Shown here: positions 20,312 to 30,463 of the stretch, piece after piece
Numbering within the stretch: the stretch's first letter is position 1
Layout of the letters: each line of letters begins with the position of its first letter
DNA from: a virus
Taxonomy: Duplodnaviria; Caudoviricetes
Direction: 5' to 3' (one strand)
IMG/VR virus record: IMGVR_UViG_3300028048_003161
Length of the DNA: 64,000 nt
Translations under genes and position numbers: made by a program
The notes under the pieces: generated by a model
Seen by the model: only the letters and a program-made list of their open reading frames with translations
The model's database searches: none
Told to the model about the DNA's origin: nothing

Positions 20312-21178
20312 ATGGGTAATGAGAAAGAATTAGAAAATGAAGCTCTTGACTTTGATGTTGAAGAGAATACACTTGGAGATATGGAAGTTGCAGAGGAAAG
20401 TTTAGATGAGCAGACAGAAGAGGCAACACAGGACTTAGGTAGTACAGTTGATAATTCAGAAGAGACTAATGAAGTAGAAACTGACAGCACTAGTAATAAA
20501 AAAGATAAAAAGAAAAAGGAAAAGAAAGCTAAGGCTAATAAGAAAAAGACAGCTAAGGAAAGTGAAAATGCAGAAGAAAAACCTGTTGAGCAGGTTGAAG
20601 ATGTTGTGCTATACATCATAACTGATAGACATTTACCGAATATGATACAATACTATAGAGAAAGGGGTGTAAACGTATCAAATATTTTTGATAGCATAGA
20701 GGATGCCAGGTCAGCATTGATTTTGAATATTGAGAAATCAAGACTTGTAATTTTAGACACAGGAATGGGTCAGTTCTCAAATATGGGAACACGTAGACAA
20801 ATTATTGACCTCATTGGTATTAGTGATGAGGAAAACAGAATTTCTGTTTATTACACTGATAGTGTAATCAAGTCAGAGGTTGAGTATTCTGACGAGGTTA
20901 TGGGAAGAGAGATCAGTTGGCATAAGTATAGATCTACAGCTGATGTTATAGCACACATTTTGAAACATAAAAATGAGCATTATGTATTGAATTTCAACGC
21001 TGACAAAGATGGTTCAGACTCAAAACCAGTTTATATGGACAGACCTGGATTTAAGGTTGACGTTGAGAAAGTACCTGTAATTGGGACAATGGCTTTCACA
21101 TCTAAAGATGTTATGAGACATTTAGATGAGGAGAGTGCAGAAGTTAATCAATTAGAGGCATATGAAGTTCATATGTAA
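20312..21178 (+). CDS. hypothetical protein, acidic N-terminus plus possible pseudo-receiver domain
   Basis: VLYII...A...L......LVILD alpha/beta pattern. Confidence 0.5.
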   Translation: MGNEKELENEALDFDVEENTLGDMEVAEESLDEQTEEATQDLGSTVDNSEETNEVETDSTSNKKDKKKKEKKAKANKKKTAKESENAEEKPVEQVEDVVLYIITDRHLPNMIQYYRERGVNVSNIFDSIEDARSALILNIEKSRLVILDTGMGQFSNMGTRRQIIDLIGISDEENRISVYYTDSVIKSEVEYSDEVMGREISWHKYRSTADVIAHILKHKNEHYVLNFNADKDGSDSKPVYMDRPGFKVDVEKVPVIGTMAFTSKDVMRHLDEESAEVNQLEAYEVHM

Positions 21179-21207
21179 TAACTCATAATTTTAGGAGGGA
21201 ACAGATT

Positions 21208-21765
21208 ATGAGAAAGAAATTGACAAGTTTAATGTTGGTTCTTGCATTTGTAATTACTTCAATACTTGGAGTAATGGGTGGAACTACAGAGGTACAAGCA
21301 GAGGACTGCATACCTTTTAAGTCAGCTCACTCAATCAAAGTTGATGGAGTAATTTACAGGACAGCACCTTTACCTGATGGAGATGCAGAGAGTGTAGATT
21401 CAGACAAGGTTTATGGAGTTACAGCAATAGGTTGGATGCCTTACTCATGTGCGGATCAGAATGGACTTCTTAAATGTAAATTCTACATTGGTAAAGGAAA
21501 GCAGAGAACAGGATATGTACCTGTAAGCGATGTAGTAACAGACAGTCCTAAAAGATGGGCATTTAAGAGAAAAATAAGTGGCACAACAAATGTAGCAGCA
21601 CAGACATATAAAACAGATTATTCAGCATACAGAAAGTTAAAGGCAGACAAAGTGATAAGCACAGCTGGATTTGCTATGTATAATAGTAAAGCATATGTAG
21701 TATTTAAGGTGAAAAGGATTGGTAATTTACTCATAAACGTAAATGATATTAGCATTACTGGTTAA
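21208..21765 (+). CDS. secreted protein
   Basis: Sec signal ending VQA; possible SH3-like TGYVP segment. Confidence 0.65.
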   Translation: MRKKLTSLMLVLAFVITSILGVMGGTTEVQAEDCIPFKSAHSIKVDGVIYRTAPLPDGDAESVDSDKVYGVTAIGWMPYSCADQNGLLKCKFYIGKGKQRTGYVPVSDVVTDSPKRWAFKRKISGTTNVAAQTYKTDYSAYRKLKADKVISTAGFAMYNSKAYVVFKVKRIGNLLINVNDISITG

Positions 21766-21786
21766 TTATTAACCAGTGAGTAAAGA

Positions 21787-21826
21787 AAATAGACCTAGTA
21801 TTCAGAAATGGGTACTAGGTCTATTT
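21787..21826 (+). terminator. rho-independent terminator ending the tad operon
   Basis: aaatagacctagta...tactaggtctattt. Confidence 0.75.
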
Positions 21827-21985
21827 GCATGTAAATATAATAAGTAGTTATTTATTAAGTTGTTTGAAGTGACACATGAACATGTAATTGAATAAATTAA
21901 AAATGTGTAATTTATTATTGCGTTGTTTCAGACATCTAAATATAATAAATGTAAAAAATTATTTATTTAATGGAGGTAAATTAAA

Positions 21986-23338
21986 ATGAGTTTTGTAGCA
22001 GCTGATTTAGGTGCAAGCAGTACACGATACACTAGTGACAGTGGAAAAATCGATGTGTTGCCTAATAACATGAAAACACTGCCTGATATGAATGTATCAC
22101 TTATCATTCCTGACTCTGGAGACATTGAGAGTTGTTTAGAGGCTCAGATTACAAGAGATGGGCAGGATGCAATGGGATTCTTCCCTACAAATGTACTCAT
22201 GGGAATCATGGCAGAGAAACATCGTGGAATTGACGAAAGACCTTCAGTCAATACACACAAGCATAAGCAGAAAATCAACTATGTTTCAGCTATTATGGCA
22301 TGTGCAGTAAGTAAACTCAAGCATCCTGAGTTAGCTGAGCATGTAGACCTTTACTTAGCTACACCTCCTATTGAGGTTCATGCAGCTAAGGAGGCTTTTG
22401 CACAGGTACTTTGTGGAACTTACACAGTTTATTTTCCAAAGTATAACAATGGAGTAAGCGTGACATTTACTGTTGATTCAGTAAAATGTTATGCAGAGTC
22501 ATATATGGCTTCAGCAGCTTTCTTCTTCAATATGAATGGTACACCTAAGGAGGAGACAAGACAGTACTTAAGTGGTACAGTGCTTCACCTTGATATTGGT
22601 GCATCTACATCAGATCTGTCCATTACAAAGAATGGTAAGTTCCTTGATAAGTCAGGACAGACATATCGTATTGGAGGTAATGTGGCACGTGACAACCTGA
22701 TTGACCAGATCTGTCAGAAATTTGCTATTGATTTACCATTAGCAGATGCTGAAAAGGTCATGGCAGAGGGTAGGATGCAACAGGGTATGGGATTTGTAGA
22801 CGTAAGTGACCTTGTAATGGTTGCTAAGAGAGAATTAGCTCAGCAGTTAAATGAGTATCTTGATACATACTTCAAGAGGATTCAGATCCCTATTCAGATG
22901 GTAAATGCCATTGTTGTTTCTGGTGGTGGATCAATGCAGAGTCAGTATGCAACACCTGAAGGAGAGATGGTTAAGACATCTGAACCTTTAAGTTACTTTG
23001 TAACTCAGGAGTTACAGACATGGTCACCTGGAACAGCAGTAATTCCTTTTGGAGACAATGCTAGGTTTGCAAATGTCACAGGTTTGTTTATTCGCGCAAA
23101 GATTGATGAAATCAAGCGTAAACAGCAGGCAGCAGTTGCATCTCAGCCTGTAACACCTACAGTTCAAAGCGTTGCTCAGGGCATTGGACAGACACAGCAG
23201 GTACAGCAGGTAGTAAATAATGGGGCAGTTGCAGGAGCAGGTCAGACAGTAGGTCAGACAACACCAACATATACTGGAGCACCTGGACAGGTAATGCAGG
23301 ATAGACAGCCTGGACAGGAAGGACAGATTACACAGTAA
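21986..23338 (+). CDS. parM: ParM/StbA-family actin-like protein with Gln-rich tail
   Basis: actin motifs ADLGAS, AES, LDIGASTSD, VSGGG, FANVTGL. Confidence 0.85.
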   Translation: MSFVAADLGASSTRYTSDSGKIDVLPNNMKTLPDMNVSLIIPDSGDIESCLEAQITRDGQDAMGFFPTNVLMGIMAEKHRGIDERPSVNTHKHKQKINYVSAIMACAVSKLKHPELAEHVDLYLATPPIEVHAAKEAFAQVLCGTYTVYFPKYNNGVSVTFTVDSVKCYAESYMASAAFFFNMNGTPKEETRQYLSGTVLHLDIGASTSDLSITKNGKFLDKSGQTYRIGGNVARDNLIDQICQKFAIDLPLADAEKVMAEGRMQQGMGFVDVSDLVMVAKRELAQQLNEYLDTYFKRIQIPIQMVNAIVVSGGGSMQSQYATPEGEMVKTSEPLSYFVTQELQTWSPGTAVIPFGDNARFANVTGLFIRAKIDEIKRKQQAAVASQPVTPTVQSVAQGIGQTQQVQQVVNNGAVAGAGQTVGQTTPTYTGAPGQVMQDRQPGQEGQITQ

Positions 23339-23351
23339 AATGTAAATTAGT

Positions 23352-23390
23352 ACAGAGAACCACTAAGGCAGACATGGTGGTTCTCTGTTT
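23352..23390 (+). terminator. stem-loop after parM
   Basis: acagagaaccac...gtggttctctgttt. Confidence 0.7.
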
Positions 23391-23410
23391 ATGTCAGAGA
23401 GGGAAAGAAA

Positions 23411-26400
23411 ATGACTAATGAATCAATTAGTATAATCATTAAGGTTGGAAAAAAATCTAATATGAAATTTAGTCATAGCAAGGCTTATAGAGCACTAATA
23501 CCTGAAGATTTGGAGATATTGCATAGAAATCATCCTGATTGTCATTTGGCAATTATTGAGAACATTAAGGAAGATGAAGAGGATGCAGTAAGAAAGTTTA
23601 TTCAGTCGTTTGAGAGTGAAAGTGATGACAATAAAGTTTTGTTCTATATACCTGATGAAGATGATTTGGCAACATTAGGTTTAGCAGATGAACTTAATTT
23701 TGATATATACATGACACTTGAAGATATCTATTTTGCTATGAAAGACTTAGGATACAGTTTGGATGTAGCAGCAACACTGGATAGTAGAAGAGAACACTTC
23801 AAGGAAATGTCAAAAACAGATGATTTGGAGGGTGTCACAGATATCTTTGGTGGCATTGGAGAGGGTCAGGACAGCATTGATATAGATGTGGACAATGAGA
23901 CAGAAAATCAACATGAGGACTTTGGTGATTCAGACACTTCAGAGAAGCAAACTAGCAAGGTTAGTTTAGCAAAAGAGACATCAGAAGAAAATGAGACAGA
24001 CTTATTTGATGGTATGGGTTCATTTGAGGATGGACTTGATACAGCTGAAGAAAAAGAAGATAACACACAGGAAACAAAGGATGCGCAGGAAACAAAGAGT
24101 AGTACTTCAGAATTAAGTGAAGTAAACAGTGAAGAAATTGATAAGATTAGAACAGAATTAAGAGATACTAAGTATGATTATGGAGTAGCAGTTAAGGATG
24201 TTCAAGAGGCTAACAAAAGAATTGAGGACCTTGAGAGTGTAATTAAGGCACTTAAGGATGAAAAGAAAGACATTGTAGATAGATTTAATGCAATTAAGGA
24301 CAATGGAGAAGTATTTGATGATGCAGACTACAGTGAGTTAAAGAGAAAATTACAGCAGAGTGAAAGCAGTATTGAAGAATTAACTGCTGAATTAAATAAA
24401 GAGAAGTCAGAGGTTGAAAAACTTACTACAGACCTTAATGATAAGGTTGAACAGCTAAACGAGTTAAATAGTAAGGTTAAATCTGGTGAAATACATGCAG
24501 AAATAGTTGCAGACTATGAGAAGAAATTAAGTGAACTTTCAAATAAATACAAAGATACATTAGAGAAATTTGAGAATGAGCAGGGTAAGGTAAGTGAGAT
24601 TAGTGATAGTTCAAGTAAAGAACTTGAGGTAATGAGTTTAGACCTTACAAATGTAAAAAATGAGCGTGACAGGTTTAAGGGAGACATTGATAGACTTAAC
24701 AAACAGCTAACGAACAGTGAAGAAAAAGTAGAAAGCATTACAAAAGAAAGAGATGATCTTAAGAAAAAGGTTGAGTCACTTGAGAAAGAGAAGAGTGACG
24801 TAACAAAAGAAAGAGATGATCTTAAAGTTGAATGTGATGGACTTAAGAGTGAGAGAGATACACTCAAGATAAATGCAGGAGACCTTGAGACAGCTAAGGA
24901 AAACTTAACAGAAAGAGTGGAGTCACTTGAGAAAGAAAAGAGTGACCTTGAGAAAAAGAAGTCAGACATTGAGGGAAAACAAGCAGGTTTAAGAAGCGAG
25001 AAAGAAAAGCTTATAAATGAAAAGAGAGAACTTGCTAATGATAAGATCAGACTTACAAATGAAAAAATTACACTTGAGGATGAGATAAAAGAACTTAAGG
25101 ATAGACAGAAGAGCCTTGAAGCAGAGAAGAAAGACCTTGAGAATAAGAAAAACAGCCTTGCAGAAAAAGTAAATCAACTTGAGAGTTTGGAGGGTACCTC
25201 TGAAAAGAATGAAGAGTCACTCAATGAGAAAATTGAAACCTTGGAAAAAGAAAAGAGTGACCTTGAAGAAAAGATTAAGACATTTGAAAGTGAAAAGGAA
25301 CAGTTAAATAAAAAAGTAAGTACAGCTGAAGATAAAGCAGATGCAGCTGAATTTGCTAAATTTGAGGTTGAGGAAACAGCAACAGCACTTAAAAAGAGTG
25401 TTGAGACACTTGACAAAAAATTAAATGACAAGCAGAGTGAAATTGGACAGCTGAAAGCAACAATAACTAATTTGAACTTACAGTTAGATGAGTGTAGGGC
25501 AGACTTAAGTTTAGCAACTGAAGCAAACAGTAAGATTCTGGAGCAGCAGGGAGATGCAGATAGCCAGTATAAAAGTGAGATTGACAGTCTTAAACAGCAG
25601 ATCAGTGGTTTAGAGACTAAACTTAAATTAACAAATGAGCAGTTGGAACAGAAGGAACAGCAGTACAGCGTGCTTGTTGCACAGCAGGCAGATAAATCAG
25701 CAGGAGCAAATGCATTAGCTAGCACAAATCAGACACTGGAAATTGTCAATAAAACATTGTCAGAACAGTTAAGCGTAGCAAATAAAGAAATAAATGCACT
25801 TAAAAACAGTAAGACTAAACTCACAAGTGAAGTTAAGACTTATAGGGATAGATGTAATCAGTTAGATAGTGCATTGAAAAATACAGTTAAGGCACTTGGG
25901 AGTGGGGCAAGCAACACAGAGAAAAAAGAGCAGACAAGTGATAGTGGTAGCAGTAGCATGGGAGGTCAATATCTGACAGTTAAACCTATCAACTATACAG
26001 GGTCAGCTAAGATCATACCAGTATTTGGTTGTGGAGGTACAGGTATAACAACAGCAGCTGTGTCATTGGCAAGTAAAATCTGCTTAACATCAAATGTACT
26101 ATACATTGATATGGACATTACACAAGCATCAGCTGATGCATGGTTTAGTCAGACACCTTTATGTGGTGGTCTCAGTGGTCTTGGTTTAATGGACATTGAG
26201 TGTACAGGACTGGGTATCTTCTATGAAAAAGGGTTTAACATTTTCAATAATAATTTGGACAAGATTATTAAGAATGTTGAACATACAAAAGGTGGAGGAA
26301 CAGACTATTTAAGTGGATTGATACATAGAGTGGATGATGAAAGAATTGCGAATGCAGACTATACGTCTTTGTTTAATAGACTTGGAGAGAAATATACATA

Positions 26401-26761
26401 CATTGTTATTGACCTTGGTAGAGTGGGAAATAGCAGAGTCAATGATAGTTTGATCAAAGCAATTTTTGATATATCAGCTACAAATATGGCAGTTGTACCT
26501 CAGAATTATTTTAGTATACGTAATTTTATTCTTAAAGTCAGTGAGGCTAAATTAGATATGCGTAAGTTAAAGTTGATAATCAATATGTGTACAGCGACTG
26601 CACTTGACAGGAGAACTAAACAGGCATTAACAAGTAAATCAATTTCAAAGTATGCCATGATTTTGTTAGATCAGAACATGGTGTGTATAAAAGATACATT
26701 CATACATAACAAATTGAACAGAGATAAATTTGCAGCTTTTGTAAATTCAGACCTGTTTTAG
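23411..26761 (+). CDS. 1116-aa protein: N-terminal globular domain, acidic linker, ~600-aa coiled coil, C-terminal MinD/ParA-like domain
   Basis: heptad K/E/L region with internal repeats (VESLEKEKSD, KERDDLK); C-terminal FGCGGTGITTAA, VLYIDMD, YIVIDLG, LIIN. Confidence 0.8.
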   Translation: MTNESISIIIKVGKKSNMKFSHSKAYRALIPEDLEILHRNHPDCHLAIIENIKEDEEDAVRKFIQSFESESDDNKVLFYIPDEDDLATLGLADELNFDIYMTLEDIYFAMKDLGYSLDVAATLDSRREHFKEMSKTDDLEGVTDIFGGIGEGQDSIDIDVDNETENQHEDFGDSDTSEKQTSKVSLAKETSEENETDLFDGMGSFEDGLDTAEEKEDNTQETKDAQETKSSTSELSEVNSEEIDKIRTELRDTKYDYGVAVKDVQEANKRIEDLESVIKALKDEKKDIVDRFNAIKDNGEVFDDADYSELKRKLQQSESSIEELTAELNKEKSEVEKLTTDLNDKVEQLNELNSKVKSGEIHAEIVADYEKKLSELSNKYKDTLEKFENEQGKVSEISDSSSKELEVMSLDLTNVKNERDRFKGDIDRLNKQLTNSEEKVESITKERDDLKKKVESLEKEKSDVTKERDDLKVECDGLKSERDTLKINAGDLETAKENLTERVESLEKEKSDLEKKKSDIEGKQAGLRSEKEKLINEKRELANDKIRLTNEKITLEDEIKELKDRQKSLEAEKKDLENKKNSLAEKVNQLESLEGTSEKNEESLNEKIETLEKEKSDLEEKIKTFESEKEQLNKKVSTAEDKADAAEFAKFEVEETATALKKSVETLDKKLNDKQSEIGQLKATITNLNLQLDECRADLSLATEANSKILEQQGDADSQYKSEIDSLKQQISGLETKLKLTNEQLEQKEQQYSVLVAQQADKSAGANALASTNQTLEIVNKTLSEQLSVANKEINALKNSKTKLTSEVKTYRDRCNQLDSALKNTVKALGSGASNTEKKEQTSDSGSSSMGGQYLTVKPINYTGSAKIIPVFGCGGTGITTAAVSLASKICLTSNVLYIDMDITQASADAWFSQTPLCGGLSGLGLMDIECTGLGIFYEKGFNIFNNNLDKIIKNVEHTKGGGTDYLSGLIHRVDDERIANADYTSLFNRLGEKYTYIVIDLGRVGNSRVNDSLIKAIFDISATNMAVVPQNYFSIRNFILKVSEAKLDMRKLKLIINMCTATALDRRTKQALTSKSISKYAMILLDQNMVCIKDTFIHNKLNRDKFAAFVNSDLF

Positions 26762-26784
26762 TTTAGGAAGGAGATAACAGAGAA

Positions 26785-27621
26785 ATGGGTACACGTAGTA
26801 TTAGATTTGGTTCACAGCTGACATTTGATGAGGACAAAGAGAAAGATATTATTGACACTATTGATACATTGAATTCATCTCATAAAATGGGTCAGTTCAT
26901 GTCTAATTTGATTAGACTTGCATTTGATAATCCTGAAATACTTAGGGTTGGTGCAGATGGTTTAGAGAAGCAGGCAATGCTTCAGCAGGTGGAAAGCAGC
27001 GGTATGTCAGTTAACAGACAGCGGTTTATGTCTGAAGTTACATCAGAGATTTCTGATATGAAAAAGAAAGTTGATGAGGTGTACAATATGGTGTTTAAGT
27101 TGTATACATTGGCTTTAATGAATAAGCATTTGGAAATTGAAAATAAATCAGACAATTCATTAAGGGCAACATTTGTATTAGAAAGACAGCTTAGACAATT
27201 ACAAGATTCACTTGGTGTAAATATAAGTGATGCAGTGTATGAGTCTGATAAGGTCGCTGACGTTCATGTAAGAGCAGAGGATTGTTTAGAGTATATCATT
27301 GAGACATACGATGGAATCATTGATGAAATGAAACAGGCAATTGCAGTAGGACAGCAGCCACAGGTAGTTGTTCAGCAGGCAGTAGGAAATACAGGAGTTG
27401 CTGGAAACAATATGGTAGTTGGCAGTACAGAGGCAATTAGATCAGTAGAAACTGTAGGAAATACAGGGGCAGTTGAGACACAAGCAGTTGTGAATGATGC
27501 AAGCACAGCAAATACAAGTACAAGCACAGCAGTTCAAACCGAAACACCACCTGAAGAGGAAATAATTGACTTTGGGGATACAGATGATATCTTGGATGCA
27601 ATGAACTTCTTTGATGATTAA
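26785..27621 (+). CDS. ParR-like ribbon-helix-helix adaptor with coiled coil and acidic tail
   Basis: N-terminal QLTFDE.KEKDII..I......MGQFMSNLIR.A fits RHH; near parM. Confidence 0.5.
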   Translation: MGTRSIRFGSQLTFDEDKEKDIIDTIDTLNSSHKMGQFMSNLIRLAFDNPEILRVGADGLEKQAMLQQVESSGMSVNRQRFMSEVTSEISDMKKKVDEVYNMVFKLYTLALMNKHLEIENKSDNSLRATFVLERQLRQLQDSLGVNISDAVYESDKVADVHVRAEDCLEYIIETYDGIIDEMKQAIAVGQQPQVVVQQAVGNTGVAGNNMVVGSTEAIRSVETVGNTGAVETQAVVNDASTANTSTSTAVQTETPPEEEIIDFGDTDDILDAMNFFDD

Positions 27622-27648
27622 AGGATGAGACATGGAGGATTTAGGGAA

Positions 27649-28839
27649 ATGACATTTGATAAGTTATTAGGTTTATTGGAGGAAAATGAATTACATGAGT
27701 TGGTTGACTTTATGAAGTCAATGATACGTCTTGATGAGTATTCAGAGACACCTTATCTGATAAATCAGACATTGAAATTATTGTCAGATGACAGTCCTTT
27801 GTATAACCTTGTCACTGATGGAAATAAAAGAGCACTATGTATAATGTTACAGAGATACTATGAGAATTGTTTCGACTACTCACTTGGAGATGATGAGATG
27901 GAGGACAAGTTGAAATATGGAAAGATCATGGTATATAAGATTTGTGCAGCAAATGGTTTGAGATATGCAACTGAAAAAGAGGTTGAACTTGGTGTCAAGG
28001 GTTTACAAGAAGAGCCTATTTATCCCGCTACACAGGAAACATATGAAATGCTTTGTTTATTACAGTGGACTTTAACAGGTTCTGCTTATTATTTCAGACA
28101 GGCTGGCTACAAATTAGAGTATGGAGATAATAGAGAAGTTAAGAATACATTTTATGAAATGGTTCAAATGTGTGCAGAAAAACTAAACAACTTGTTTGAG
28201 TGGATTAAGGACTCTGGTAGAGTGGAAAAAGCACTTCGTATCATGGCTAAAATGAAAAGGAACAAGGGATATAAATATGCTAGCTATGAAAAAGATGAAG
28301 TGACAGAGGATATTCCAATCAAACAAATTGTTTATAATATTTGCAAGACATTTCCTAGAGGGAGTGAGAATCCTGAATACAGGAGGGCTTTAGCGATAGC
28401 ACTTAATAACTACAATAATAAAAAGAGAATGACCGTTATGGAAGTTTCTTTTCTACGTACTGTTTATGAGAAATTTGCAGTAGATAGGACAGCACATAAG
28501 GAGATGGCAGAGAAAGAGGCACAGGCTCAAGTAGATGTGCAGTTGAAAGAGGAATGTCAGGCACTGTTAGATGCTAGAAATACACGAGATATTGATTCTC
28601 AACACTTTTGTTATAAGATAATTGACACATTAAAAAGAAATGGTTACACTAGATGTTCTGCAAAACAACGAAAAATTATTGAGTCGGCCTTGCAAGACAT
28701 TGGATATGACAAGGATAAAAAGAAGACTAACATTGTGGAACCTAAGGTTGAAATCTTATCTGATGATATGATAGACGCTTCACTTGGTACATTGGCAAGT
28801 GCAGTGAACATGGGATTGTTTGATGACTTGGATGAATAA
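27649..28839 (+). CDS. hypothetical protein
   Basis: long ORF in operon, GGAGG RBS. Confidence 0.7.
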   Translation: MTFDKLLGLLEENELHELVDFMKSMIRLDEYSETPYLINQTLKLLSDDSPLYNLVTDGNKRALCIMLQRYYENCFDYSLGDDEMEDKLKYGKIMVYKICAANGLRYATEKEVELGVKGLQEEPIYPATQETYEMLCLLQWTLTGSAYYFRQAGYKLEYGDNREVKNTFYEMVQMCAEKLNNLFEWIKDSGRVEKALRIMAKMKRNKGYKYASYEKDEVTEDIPIKQIVYNICKTFPRGSENPEYRRALAIALNNYNNKKRMTVMEVSFLRTVYEKFAVDRTAHKEMAEKEAQAQVDVQLKEECQALLDARNTRDIDSQHFCYKIIDTLKRNGYTRCSAKQRKIIESALQDIGYDKDKKKTNIVEPKVEILSDDMIDASLGTLASAVNMGLFDDLDE

Positions 28840-28890
28840 CATTTTGATATATTAAGTATAAGATTTTTGAGAGATTGAGAGGTAAGTCTA

Positions 28891-29526
28891 ATGAGCAGTC
28901 TTTGTATAAGTTCAGACTTCTTTGATTTCTACGACTACTTGAACAATAAGTCTTCTCCGATAAGATATGACAGACAATTAAGTAGATGTAGACAACGAGG
29001 AGTGGCATTGAAGTTTCTAAGGGCTCTTGGTATTAAGACAATAGACATTCAACCTGTAAGTCAGTACATAGAAAGTGATGGACCTTTGGTGGTTTATACT
29101 GATATACGGGGTCATAGTGGCAATGGCAAGAGAATAGAGACAGTTGCAGAAGCAAGGTTTTTGCATGAGAATTGTATAGCAAGCAAGTTATTAACTTTGG
29201 ATGAACTTCTAACAATGAAGTTTATACAGATAGGTAAAAGAAGATACACTTTATACTTTAAGAAAAGTAAAGAAGATCATCCATTAAATGTTGGTACACT
29301 GGTGGATATTAAGAGAGCACCTGATGAATACAATAGAGTCATAGGATTGCCTATATTTTCAATAGATTACATTTCTCATAATAATGATGTTTTAGCAACT
29401 GACTTTAATGAGGTAGAGTGTCTTGAGAGATATAAAATGGATAACTATATAAGTGCAGAAGAGACAGTAACTGAAATTATTGATGCACTTATAGCTTATA
29501 ATAAAGTGAATGTTAAGGAGAATTAA
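28891..29526 (+). CDS. hypothetical protein, possible degenerate ATP-grasp fold
   Basis: C-terminal FSIDYI....LATDFN resembles ATP-grasp metal-binding strands. Confidence 0.45.
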   Translation: MSSLCISSDFFDFYDYLNNKSSPIRYDRQLSRCRQRGVALKFLRALGIKTIDIQPVSQYIESDGPLVVYTDIRGHSGNGKRIETVAEARFLHENCIASKLLTLDELLTMKFIQIGKRRYTLYFKKSKEDHPLNVGTLVDIKRAPDEYNRVIGLPIFSIDYISHNNDVLATDFNEVECLERYKMDNYISAEETVTEIIDALIAYNKVNVKEN

Positions 29527-29530
29527 AAGG

Positions 29531-30430
29531 ATGGGTAATACATTAGAAACAAAGGGAGCTTATACAGAGGAGCATACAGCATTAGCATTAGCAAAGTACA
29601 TTTCTGGCATTGATACAGTAAAAACTCGCATAGGGGAGTTTGGAAGTAGTCATTATGACAGTGGCGTGAAGGACCTGGTTGTATCAGGACATCAGATCTT
29701 TGACATGGGAGAAAATCCTGTTTACGTTTACACCTCAATGGATACAGTGATTGATGCACGAGTTAAGTTTGGTAGGGTTAATGGAAAGAGTACTACACAG
29801 CTTATCAATTTATTGGTTAAGCAAGGAGTAATTACTGGCGAGACAGGTGATGAAATCATTGAGAAAATCAAGGACATCAATACAAATAAGCAGGTCATTG
29901 TTCCTTTTAAACCTCATACAGACTGTAGAGTTACTTATGAGATAGGAAATACAGTCAAGAAAGATTGTGGTGCAACTATTAAGTTTGTTAAGTGGTTTAG
30001 TAACAAAGAAACTATGCAGTTAGATTGTAAGCTGGGTTTTGAACTTAAGGAGACAGCAACAGAAAAAACAATTACACATGATATTACAGACTATATGCAT
30101 GGATTCAAAGCAAATGCAGTAATGTTGCATGCAAATGACAGTAAGAAAAATGATGAGATGATTAAGGTTACTAATCAATGTATCATTGAACCTGTCGAGG
30201 TTACAGATGGAAGAACAACAGCAGCCATTGATGGAACTTTCATGTACTTAAAAACTGGAGATGCAATGGAGATTGTAGGGCATTGGAATCCTAACAACGA
30301 ATTTGTATTTACAGAGAAAAAGAGTACAAAGACAGTGAAGTTCTTGAAAGACAATATCAACATTATTGCAGTACATAGGAAGTATATTGCACCTTACATG
30401 TTGTATGAAGCTAATCACTTTGAAATTTAG
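29531..30430 (+). CDS. hypothetical protein
   Basis: long ORF in operon. Confidence 0.7.
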   Translation: MGNTLETKGAYTEEHTALALAKYISGIDTVKTRIGEFGSSHYDSGVKDLVVSGHQIFDMGENPVYVYTSMDTVIDARVKFGRVNGKSTTQLINLLVKQGVITGETGDEIIEKIKDINTNKQVIVPFKPHTDCRVTYEIGNTVKKDCGATIKFVKWFSNKETMQLDCKLGFELKETATEKTITHDITDYMHGFKANAVMLHANDSKKNDEMIKVTNQCIIEPVEVTDGRTTAAIDGTFMYLKTGDAMEIVGHWNPNNEFVFTEKKSTKTVKFLKDNINIIAVHRKYIAPYMLYEANHFEI

Positions 30431-30463
30431 TTAGACAGGTTATAAATTTGGTTGGAGGATACT

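Noticed and set aside
24514-25725. Long Ser/Leu/Phe-rich minus-strand ORFs
   Set aside because: Antisense shadows of the purine-rich coiled-coil gene.
23411-26761. SMC protein or phage tape-measure call
   Set aside because: No N-terminal Walker A, hinge or ABC signature; the coil is charged rather than Ala/Gly-rich, and no tail genes are nearby.
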